A stretch of 64,000 nucleotides of DNA from Candidatus Poribacteria bacterium (lineage in GTDB: Bacteria; Poribacteria; WGA-4E; WGA-3G). Where the stretch lies: NCBI GenBank assembly GCA_003635255.1, contig PYJC01000090.1:7880-71879 (forward strand), given 5' to 3'. Below, one piece after another: positions 38,262 to 45,668 of this stretch. Positions within the stretch are counted from its first letter, which is position 1, and each line of letters begins with the position of its first letter. The position numbers and the translations under genes were made by a program. The notes under the pieces are model-generated. The model saw nothing but the letters and a program-made list of their open reading frames with translations. It was not told the DNA's origin and searched no databases.

Positions 38262-38347
38262 TAGGAAACCGAACCTACCGGTCCTGGGGAAGATATGGAA
38301 TTACCGAAATATTTTCTTAAACTTCATGCAAGCGCGCCTTATTTCTT

Positions 38348-39808
38348 TTATACAGTCTCCGAATTAATGCTTTCCAATATCTCAAGACACGTCTCTCCGT
38401 TAACTAACCGATGATAATATTGACCAACGCGTTCCATAAAGTCCTGATTTCCGTCCAAACCGCTCGGCGATGTTGCTCCAGCGGGTGACCACAACGCTGC
38501 ATTTGAGAAAATAGACGCAATCCGGTCTTTCACGTCTATTTGACTCGCGCCAAATGCCCCTCTCAGAATGTCTTGTATCGTCCGGTCAGGGTCTCGGATT
38601 TCATATACTGTATCGGTATCGGTAATACCCCTGTAGTCATCAAGAGACGAGATTGCGTTTGGCGTTAGAAATCGGAGCACTGTTGCGAAGGAGTAGGCAA
38701 AATCGGATTTGAAAAGTTGTGTGCTGGTATCGTAGTTTGGTGAGCGGACGATATCTGCGGCGCGTTCGCGGAGTTTCACGGTCTCAATGATGTTAATTCG
38801 GGCGTTGTCGTCTTTGACTCGGCGGATACGATCTACAAACTCCAATGTGTATGCGTGTGCGCTTTTACCGGCTATGGGAATGTCTGCTTCTACGATCTTG
38901 GCATATCCGTTCATCAGGCGTTCGAGATGCGGTGCGAATGTTGGGTGTAATGCTGCTTCGTTGACATATTCGATACCAGAGAGTGTTCCTTTGTGCGTAA
39001 TCCCCGGCACATGCACGGAATTCACCAAAAGCAATTTCCAATCGTGATACGGTTCAATGCTCTCTTGACTGACAATAACACCGTAATCATCAAGTTCACC
39101 GAAGGGGACACGGAGCCGATTCTCCAAATCTTCTAAGATGAGGGGTGTTCCGGGGAACTGTTCCGCGTAGGTTATTAATTCATCTTGACCTTCAATCTGT
39201 GCTTGTGCGGCTGCCTTAATCTCATCCGGCACAGCATAGACCTGTGGCACGAGCCTATCGCCCATTTCGTTCAGGAAACCGACGTTTGTCTCCAGCCACG
39301 CAGCGTAACCATCACTTCGCTTGCGGTATTCGTTGCAGAGAATATCGCGGATAATATCGCCGTTATTCCGAAGGTTATCGGTATTGATAACGCAGAGCGT
39401 TGCATCTGCGCCGTGATGGGAAAAATAACGGTAGAGGGTCTCATCCAATACATCCATTGCCAACTCACCTTTGGCGATCCCTGCTTCAGTTACGCCGATG
39501 AGGACAAGATCAAGTGGATTGTCGGTTTGTGCATAGAACTGTTCACGGCCGGCTTCCGTAGCGAGCGTCGTCGCACCAACGACGCTTGAAACCTGTTGGA
39601 TGTCGTGGATACCGCTTAGATCGAACGTGACGACATGGTATACTCCGTTTTGCCGGTTGAAGGCATCGGCTTTTTCCGCACCGCGCGGTTGTCCGACGAA
39701 GATACCGCCGTTGTAAAGATTTCGTTCGTTGAGGATATGGACGAATTCATGGGTTAGGGCGCGTTGTAAGCCACCTGCCCCGATCGCAAGTACCTTGATT
39801 GGGTACAT
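38348..39808 (-). CDS. mannitol-dehydrogenase-family (tagaturonate/fructuronate-reductase-like) oxidoreductase
   Basis: 486 aa. Layout AIGAGGLQRAL...GVYHVVTF...IGVTEAGI...CVINTDNLRNNGDIIRD...MGDRLVPQ parallels the long-chain mannitol dehydrogenase family (UxaB/UxuB type). Confidence 0.7.
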   Translation of the reverse strand: MYPIKVLAIGAGGLQRALTHEFVHILNERNLYNGGIFVGQPRGAEKADAFNRQNGVYHVVTFDLSGIHDIQQVSSVVGATTLATEAGREQFYAQTDNPLDLVLIGVTEAGIAKGELAMDVLDETLYRYFSHHGADATLCVINTDNLRNNGDIIRDILCNEYRKRSDGYAAWLETNVGFLNEMGDRLVPQVYAVPDEIKAAAQAQIEGQDELITYAEQFPGTPLILEDLENRLRVPFGELDDYGVIVSQESIEPYHDWKLLLVNSVHVPGITHKGTLSGIEYVNEAALHPTFAPHLERLMNGYAKIVEADIPIAGKSAHAYTLEFVDRIRRVKDDNARINIIETVKLRERAADIVRSPNYDTSTQLFKSDFAYSFATVLRFLTPNAISSLDDYRGITDTDTVYEIRDPDRTIQDILRGAFGASQIDVKDRIASIFSNAALWSPAGATSPSGLDGNQDFMERVGQYYHRLVNGETCLEILESINSETV

Positions 39809-39810
39809 AT

Positions 39811-40959
39811 TTACTCTTCTCCTTTGGCTAAAATATCAGCATAGAGGCTTAAATAAGCGTCGGCAATGTTTTTCCAATCGTATGGTTTGACGCGTTCAAC
39901 ACTCGCTTCGCCCATTTCAATGCGACCTTCGCCAGCGTTAATCAGTTTAACAAGGCAGTGCGCGAGTCCATCAACATCGCCGGGATCGAACAGTGCGCCG
40001 TTAACCCCGTCCGCCACGAGTTCATCGATACCTTGAACACGACTGGCAACGATCGGAAGCCCTGTCCCCATCGCTTCCAAAACGACGAGCGGCATTCCTT
40101 CCGCGAGTGAGGGTAAAATTAAGAGGTCGGCATTGCGATACTTTTGTGGCAATTTCGGATATGGTACTGAACCCGCAAAGTGGATATGTGACACTACGCC
40201 GAGATTTTCCGCTAATTTCAGGAGTTCTCCGTGATACGGTCCATCACCGACGATTTCAATTTCAAAGTTGTACGCTGCTTTTTCAATAATCTGCGGAAGT
40301 GCGCGGATTAGAAATTGAAAACCTTTGCGTGGAATCAGTCTTCCGATTGTGAGGACGCGAACCTTTTTCGGGCAGGCATCGCGTTGCACCGGCGCGAACG
40401 TTTCTAAATCTACAGCATCGGGAATCACCTTTATTTTTACATCAGCATCCGTTTCTCGTGCGAGTTCTCGTAACCCGTCGCTACACGAGACAACAGTTGC
40501 CGCGTTGCGCCAGATCGCTCGGATAACGGGTTTCAGTAGCAGGTATAACCACCGATAATAGGATGGATCCGGATTGCGGCTCGGTACGTCGCGTCCGCCC
40601 AAAAATACGACATACGGCACGTTGCGGAGCTTTTGTAGAAGATACGCACCACCCCCCGCAGGAATCCCAAAAAAGACTTGAACGATATCGGGTTGAAACT
40701 GTTTAGCGAACCGGAATCCGTAGAGGCTTGAGCTTATCGCGTAAGTCAGCATCTCGTGTACGGCACATATATCCGGGCTTTTCCGTAGCGCGCGCACGCG
40801 ATGGACATGAACCCCTTCCACTTCTTCGTTTTTTGGACAATCACGAAACTGTGAAGTAATCAGATGGACATCGTGTCCTGCTGCCGCATAGTGTTTGCCT
40901 AAAAAATGACTGACCCAACCGCCGCCGCCACCAATCGGTGGAAATTCGTGATTGAACAT
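39811..40959 (-). CDS. GT4-family glycosyltransferase
   Basis: The ORF-track start 41043 reads through leader repeats. The probable start is ATG 40959 (MFNHEFPPIGGGGG) or TTG 40962. The EX7E motif is present (AEGMPLVVLEAMGTGLPIVAS). Confidence 0.9.
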   Translation of the reverse strand: MFNHEFPPIGGGGGWVSHFLGKHYAAAGHDVHLITSQFRDCPKNEEVEGVHVHRVRALRKSPDICAVHEMLTYAISSSLYGFRFAKQFQPDIVQVFFGIPAGGGAYLLQKLRNVPYVVFLGGRDVPSRNPDPSYYRWLYLLLKPVIRAIWRNAATVVSCSDGLRELARETDADVKIKVIPDAVDLETFAPVQRDACPKKVRVLTIGRLIPRKGFQFLIRALPQIIEKAAYNFEIEIVGDGPYHGELLKLAENLGVVSHIHFAGSVPYPKLPQKYRNADLLILPSLAEGMPLVVLEAMGTGLPIVASRVQGIDELVADGVNGALFDPGDVDGLAHCLVKLINAGEGRIEMGEASVERVKPYDWKNIADAYLSLYADILAKGEE

Positions 40960-40964
40960 CAATA

Positions 40965-41015
40965 TTTTTAAATTTCCTTGCGGTTCGGTTTTTTTAAATT
41001 TCCTTGCGGTTCGGT
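40965..41015 (-). promoter_or_regulatory. two perfect tandem 25-nt copies of the leader module before the GT4 gene
   Basis: tttttaaatttccttgcggttcggt at 40965..40989 and again at 40991..41015. The minus strand ends ...accgaaccgcaaggaaatttaaaaatattgATG. Confidence 0.8.
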
Positions 41016-41055
41016 TAGGTGGGTTTGACACTTGAAGTCTCATTCCGTAGAGTCG

Positions 41056-41083
41056 CCTCCATTACATTACGGCTTACGTTTTT
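41056..41083 (-). repeat. leader homology block, copy in the GT4 leader
   Basis: cctccattacattacggcttacgttttt. Confidence 0.8.
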
Positions 41084-41143
41084 GGTTTTTCATCGGAAAC
41101 CCGATTTACGGAAAAATTGGAGCAGAAACCCAATAGTTAAAAA

Positions 41144-42025
41144 TTAATTTTTTTGTGCAAATTTCGCTGCAAATTCGATGATCGCAGCTGCGATATTGAT
41201 GCCTATGACCGCCTCCAGTTCCTCAAACCCGGGTGATGGGTTAACTTCTAAGATGACGGGTCCTTCGTTTGTTTGAAGCAGATCGACACCGGCTATTTCC
41301 AGTTCCAGTGCTGCTGCTGCTTTGATAGCCGTGTTGATATATTCTTCTGGTAAAGCGACCATCTCCCCTGTTCCACCTTTGTGGATATTTGCTCGGAATT
41401 CGCCAGGCGGTGCGCTTCTTTTCATCGCAGCAATCGCTTCACCCCCTACGACGAGGACGCGGATGTCCACGCCGCCTGCTTCTACAATAAAAGGTTGGAT
41501 TACATAATCGTGATGGAAATCACATAGCGCATCCACTGCTGACGTGAGCGATGTCGGTGTATCTAATAACATAACTCCCCTGCCGTGTGTACCGTAAAAC
41601 GGTTTTAAAATAAACGGGTAATCCCCCATTCCGGCTACGGCGTTTTCTAAAAATTCGGAGGAACCAACGGTGAGACTCGGTGGAATAGGCAAGCCGTGCT
41701 GTGCAAGGATACGCAGGGAGTGGAATTTGTGTCGTGCCACAGCGATAGGTCTTGCGCGATTGATAACAGGGGTGCCGATCCATTCAAAGTGCGCCACGAC
41801 TTCCTCGCCGTATTGTGCCGTTGTGCGGCTGAGTCGTGGTATCACGACATCAAAATTCTCTGCTGATCCGCCATAATACGTGAGGCGGTTACCAGCTCCA
41901 CCGATATGGAGATAGAAACCGAAGGGGTCTAAAATCTCTGCGGTGTGTCCTGCATTGAGGGCGGCTTCGCTGAGGCTACGCGTGGAGTGGTTTTGAGGTC
42001 CCCGAGAGAGGATACCGATTTTCAT
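41144..42025 (-). CDS. RimK-type ATP-grasp ligase (alpha-L-glutamate-ligase-like)
   Basis: 293 aa with PFILKPFYGTHGRGVMLL, DIRVLVVGGEAIAAMKR, ANIHKGG and AGVDLLQTNEGPVILEVNPSPG. Confidence 0.9.
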   Translation of the reverse strand: MKIGILSRGPQNHSTRSLSEAALNAGHTAEILDPFGFYLHIGGAGNRLTYYGGSAENFDVVIPRLSRTTAQYGEEVVAHFEWIGTPVINRARPIAVARHKFHSLRILAQHGLPIPPSLTVGSSEFLENAVAGMGDYPFILKPFYGTHGRGVMLLDTPTSLTSAVDALCDFHHDYVIQPFIVEAGGVDIRVLVVGGEAIAAMKRSAPPGEFRANIHKGGTGEMVALPEEYINTAIKAAAALELEIAGVDLLQTNEGPVILEVNPSPGFEELEAVIGINIAAAIIEFAAKFAQKN

Positions 42026-42052
42026 CTATCTTCGGGCAGGAGACCCCATGCT

Positions 42053-43081
42053 TTAGTTTGGAGAGGAATGCCCGTTCCTATAGTTAAAGTTAAGGCGTGT
42101 TAGTATTTTGAAACTATTTCGCTTCGCACCTGTTGTTAACCGTTTCCCATCAAGTTTATAGATAGCAAACAACCCTTTGGCATTTATACCCGCTAAACGT
42201 GTTAACCCGTGTTTTACATGCCTAACAAGTGTATGCTTTATGAGACCCTCTGCTAAGACTGTGCCACCATACCTTGATCGGATGCCCCCCTTTTTGGGTT
42301 GTTCTCTCTGCAAGGTTCTCCGCTGAATAGGTAAGGGGGATATACAGAACACATTTTGGTTTTCCACTATACTTTCACCACCAACAGTGTGATATGCCAG
42401 ACACCAACTATCCACACAATGGGCAGCAAAGGTATCAGAAAGTTTCTTGGAAGACTTTTTCAGTCCAAGCCTATCCCGTATTTCTTTCGTCTCCCATCCT
42501 TGAAGTGTGAACAACTTCCAACGTTTCTCTATTTCTGTGTAGAACCATTGTTTGCCGACTTCTAAAGGGCTAAAAGACTCATTCCACTTTCTCACACGCT
42601 CAAGCGTCCGGGCTCTAATATCCTCAACACATACATGTGTAATAGGATAGAGTTTTGACAACCCATCAAGGATGCGGAGTTTCCAATCCCATCTCGCACG
42701 GGTGCCAGCAGGAATACGCACTCTGTTCGCAAGTCGGTTGGTTCTGTTTTTACGGTTCGGGCACTTACGAGAACGTCTACTTCTACGCAACTCACGACGC
42801 TTTTCTACTTTCTTGCCGACATTGTGATGGGCATCTGCTTGAACATTCAAGTAAGTATGTGCTTCAGACTTCACTGTAAAGCCTTCTTTTTTACTGCCAG
42901 GGTCTACACCGACAGCAATCTCTTGAAACTCAATATCCGACGGATCAACATTTAGACGGACACAGAAGATACCATTCTTCCAAAACGGAGTCGCTTTACC
43001 TGATTCGGCCCAACGCCTTGCCCTTGAAGGCTTCGTAGGCATTAGGGGGTGTTGATTCTTATCTACTACTGGAACTAACAT
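42053..43081 (-). CDS. isrB: IsrB-type OMEGA nuclease (IscB homolog lacking the HNH domain)
   Basis: 342 aa. In order: PLMP motif (VVDKNQHPLMPTKPSRARRW), RuvC-I (VGVDPGSKKEG), Arg-rich bridge helix (KRRELRRSRRSRKCPNRKNRTNR), RuvC-II (ITHVCVEDI) and RuvC-III (AAHCVDSWC). There is no Cys/His HNH insert. AAGAGG SD. Confidence 0.8.
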   Translation of the reverse strand: MLVPVVDKNQHPLMPTKPSRARRWAESGKATPFWKNGIFCVRLNVDPSDIEFQEIAVGVDPGSKKEGFTVKSEAHTYLNVQADAHHNVGKKVEKRRELRRSRRSRKCPNRKNRTNRLANRVRIPAGTRARWDWKLRILDGLSKLYPITHVCVEDIRARTLERVRKWNESFSPLEVGKQWFYTEIEKRWKLFTLQGWETKEIRDRLGLKKSSKKLSDTFAAHCVDSWCLAYHTVGGESIVENQNVFCISPLPIQRRTLQREQPKKGGIRSRYGGTVLAEGLIKHTLVRHVKHGLTRLAGINAKGLFAIYKLDGKRLTTGAKRNSFKILTRLNFNYRNGHSSPN

Positions 43082-43290
43082 GGCGTAAACCTCTTTCGAG
43101 TATGTATTGCCCCATCCAGATCACAGTATCCAAGAGAAATCAGACTTGGGGAGCATCCGAAACATTGTGCTGGCTGCCACGCCAAGATACTGCGATATTT
43201 TACTGTAGTCAACTGTTTCGTCCTGTGCAGGGAACGTGTGGCTACGCTTTGCACAAGCCCAAATCTTCAGACTTGGGTAGTTGACCTATT
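43082..43290 (-). ncRNA. putative omega RNA (HEARO-like guide RNA scaffold) of the IsrB element
   Basis: About 200 nt directly 5' of isrB with no protein-like ORF (the only track ORF here, 43102..43284 +, is rejected as coding). Two related hairpins, CCAAG-N10-CTTGG (43130..43149) and CCCAA-N10-TTGGG (43258..43277), plus TGTGCA/TGCACA (43224..43229 / 43250..43255). The position matches where IscB/IsrB omega RNAs are encoded. The 5' boundary is unknown. Confidence 0.4.
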
Positions 43291-43516
43291 GTATTATCGT
43301 TTTAAGGGTTTTGGCAGCACACTCAGAATCGTTTTCAGCCTGTTGGATCTGTTTCGCGAGCGTTTCAACATCGGACGTTCCGACCCATTGCTGCCGTTCT
43401 TTGGTGTAATCGCCTGTACCAGCTTGAAATTGATGGATAAAACGCACCATTCCAACGGGGCCAAGTTTGTCAATTAATGCCTTAAAACCGAGTTCCAAAA
43501 TTTGCTCATCGGTCAT
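43286..43516 (-). CDS. small PIN-partner (putative antitoxin-like) protein
   Basis: ATG 43516 preceded by GGAG. MTDEQILELGFKALIDKLGPVGMVRFIHQFQAGTGDYTKERQQW aligns with the N-terminal repeat of 62465..62953 (VYKLGIEALAAKLGAAGVSRFLKQIQPLTGDYSIERHEW). Confidence 0.6.
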   Translation of the reverse strand: MTDEQILELGFKALIDKLGPVGMVRFIHQFQAGTGDYTKERQQWVGTSDVETLAKQIQQAENDSECAAKTLKTIIQ

Positions 43517-43720
43517 GATAATTGTCTCCAGTTCCAATGTATTCCTGTAACCATGTATGTGGATTTTCGACTTGCTGGTAATCGCTTGCCATTCCCGGCT
43601 CCAAAAGCGAGAAATAATCTGCATGATGGCTGCAGTTTCAGACTTAATTCTATTTTGTGTTTGATTATCATAAGGACGACTTACACAACAACTATCAAGA
43701 TAGATTTTACAAGTTTTCAT
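43517..43720 (-). pseudogene. truncated PIN-domain toxin remnant (first ~48 codons only), fused in frame to the downstream gene
   Basis: MKTCKIYLDSCCVSRPYDNQTQNRIKSETAAIMQIISRFWSREWQAITS aligns with residues 1-55 of the intact 154-aa PIN protein at 61999..62463. The rest of the domain, which carries the later acidic residues, is missing. Confidence 0.6.
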
Positions 43721-44732
43721 CTGTTTTGTACGTTTCTTGTAGAAAATCCGCTAACTCTTCAAAAGTGTCGAATATCCGGTCACATAGGTTCTCGAAGAAG
43801 ATGCTCCGCGTTCCGGTATAAACCGCATATACGGGTTTGTTGTGGCGAGTCGCGTAGTTCATTTCGCTGAGAACACCGGGCGACAATTTATCTGTCGGAT
43901 AGATGACAACCACAAAGTCGCTCTGGTGGACGAACTGGTAATCGCGTGAGATCGTCCGCGTTTTGATCTGTTCAATCACGCCATCATCCATCTCACCCAT
44001 AGTCGTAGCGGGGACAGTCCCATCGCCACCAGCGGTTACCAGTGCCATATCTTTAATCGTGAGCGGATCAAAGACGATGAATGCGCGACTCAATTTTTCG
44101 CCAATATCACGGATTTTTTCAATTTCTTTCGGGGTATCCCTGAGAAGTGTAATCGGATAACTCAGGTAAAACTTCGGTTTCGGCGAAAAGAGGAGTTCAT
44201 AAAAATTCTCAAGATCGTGTTGTCGTGCGACGGTGTAGTGCGGCTTCTCTGTGAAATGTGCGATTTGTTTCGTTAGGAATTCCTCCTCGTCTAACCAGAC
44301 ATTGAGGGTTGCATTATCCATACCTGACCATTGCGCACTTTCTTTCATCCGTCCCGATATATCGGTGATATTGTCAACGACGTTAATCAGGAGATCGGGC
44401 AGAAGGATCTCAATATCTTTGAAAGAGAATCCTTCAATCAGGCTTCCACGCCAGCGAAAACAGGCATGTAGTCCGATGACAACGTGCTCATAGGCTTCGG
44501 CACGGCGAGCGATTTCATAGAAAGCAGTGCGTCGTGCCAATGATAGAACCGCTGGATCCGAATCAAGAACCTTGTCTGTGAAATGGACACGGGATTCCGC
44601 GGCAGCACGGTGCATCACGTCACCGACATTGAAAAAGCCGATGTTCAGTTTTTGTTTCATGCAAAGGATTTTAAAATTCGCCATTAACTCTTTGCGCCCT
44701 GAACAACTGATGCCAGTACAAATAATCTTCAT
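43707..44732 (-). CDS. fusion protein: archaeal-adenylate-kinase-like P-loop domain + nucleoside-2-deoxyribosyltransferase-like domain; function unknown
   Basis: 341 aa. N-terminus: KIICTGISCSGRKE (shifted Walker A), VGDVM, IGLHACFRWRGSLIEGF..LLPDLLINVV parallel the AdkA-type kinase layout. C-terminus: KFYLSYPIT ... SDFVVVIYPTDKLSPGVLSEMNYATRHNKPVYAV matches the NDT/Rcl-like Rossmann pattern with a conserved Glu. Confidence 0.7.
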   Translation of the reverse strand: MKIICTGISCSGRKELMANFKILCMKQKLNIGFFNVGDVMHRAAAESRVHFTDKVLDSDPAVLSLARRTAFYEIARRAEAYEHVVIGLHACFRWRGSLIEGFSFKDIEILLPDLLINVVDNITDISGRMKESAQWSGMDNATLNVWLDEEEFLTKQIAHFTEKPHYTVARQHDLENFYELLFSPKPKFYLSYPITLLRDTPKEIEKIRDIGEKLSRAFIVFDPLTIKDMALVTAGGDGTVPATTMGEMDDGVIEQIKTRTISRDYQFVHQSDFVVVIYPTDKLSPGVLSEMNYATRHNKPVYAVYTGTRSIFFENLCDRIFDTFEELADFLQETYKTDENL

Positions 44733-44760
44733 AATAGTGCCTCGAGCCGAGTACGCTTAC

Positions 44761-45567
44761 TTACGATCTTTCCGCTGCTAACGATTCCAGTTTCGCGAGT
44801 GCTTCTTGTTCTTCCTTCTGCCATGGACGGTGTGCTGGTTTATCCAGTTTTTGTGGGGGACCACCGAAGACGAGGATGTATGCCCTACGTGCTTCCGCTG
44901 TGCTATTCGGTGCGGAATAGTGTAAAGTCCGACAGTGGTGGAATGTTGCACCGCCTGCCGGTATCGGACATGCAACCGCCTGTGATACGTCAACGTCATC
45001 TGTCACTAACCCGTGTACGAGCGGATCATTGTCAATATGCCGATGCCAACGGACCTCTCCCTTGTGCGATTCCGGGATGAATTGGAGACACCCACTCTCA
45101 AGCGTCGCTTTATCAAGCGGAAGCCAGACACTTAGGCTATGCGGTAGGACTTCGGGATTCCAGTATGCTTCGTCTTGATGCCACGGCGTTTCATTGCCGT
45201 AGTGAGCGGGTTTCAGAATCATGTGTCCGCCACCGCTGACTTTTTCAGTTGCTACGCTGAGTAACTTCGCTGCAAGCCGATGCGCGTTTTGGAAATAGAC
45301 CGTCTCGCGGAGTTCAGGGAATTGTGCTTCCGGTCCCAATACTTGTGGTAACGTCTCCTGTCCGTTGTGTGCACGCGGACCCGCAAGATCGAAATAACGT
45401 CCTTGCGCTTCTCCGGTTCGCCCCGTGAAGAGTTCATCGTAAATACCCTTGAGCCATTCGATCTCTTCGTCCGTCGTGATGCGCGGGATGCTCAGGTATC
45501 CATTCTCTTGAAAGAAAGCGACCTGTTCGTCAGTTACATCAACGTGAAAATCATTCTTAGATTTCAT
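44761..45567 (-). CDS. phytanoyl-CoA dioxygenase (PhyH) family Fe(II)/2-oxoglutarate oxygenase
   Basis: 268 aa with PWHQDEAYW (H-x-D) and a distal His in ATFHHCRTLHYS. Confidence 0.9.
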   Translation of the reverse strand: MKSKNDFHVDVTDEQVAFFQENGYLSIPRITTDEEIEWLKGIYDELFTGRTGEAQGRYFDLAGPRAHNGQETLPQVLGPEAQFPELRETVYFQNAHRLAAKLLSVATEKVSGGGHMILKPAHYGNETPWHQDEAYWNPEVLPHSLSVWLPLDKATLESGCLQFIPESHKGEVRWHRHIDNDPLVHGLVTDDVDVSQAVACPIPAGGATFHHCRTLHYSAPNSTAEARRAYILVFGGPPQKLDKPAHRPWQKEEQEALAKLESLAAERS

Positions 45568-45668
45568 TTTTTTAACGATTGTCCTCTCTCATTTTTCTCT
45601 GTTGTCGAAAAATGGCAGGTCTATTATGGTAGATTTTAGAATTACTTGGACACTTTTAATGCAAAGTC

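Larger units (their letters stand above)
42026..43290 (-). mobile_element. non-autonomous IS200/IS605-derived OMEGA element (isrB + leader, no tnpA)
   Basis: IsrB ORF plus a structured leader. No Y1 transposase in the window. It sits between a decayed PIN locus and an operon start. Ends are not defined. Confidence 0.5.

Noticed and set aside
40960-41043. N-terminal extensions containing TEPQG(N/K)LK peptides on the GT4 and MFS ORFs as a shared protein motif
   Set aside because: The shared peptide is the translation of the non-coding leader repeat. In the GT4 gene a canonical ATG with correct SD spacing lies downstream (40959). The same DNA word precedes two other genes outside any ORF.
42053-43081. 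Cas9/IscB or TnpB identity for the RuvC protein
   Set aside because: There is no HNH insert and no CRISPR array, which excludes Cas9 and IscB. The PLMP N-terminus and split RuvC with a bridge helix are IscB-lineage features, not TnpB-like.
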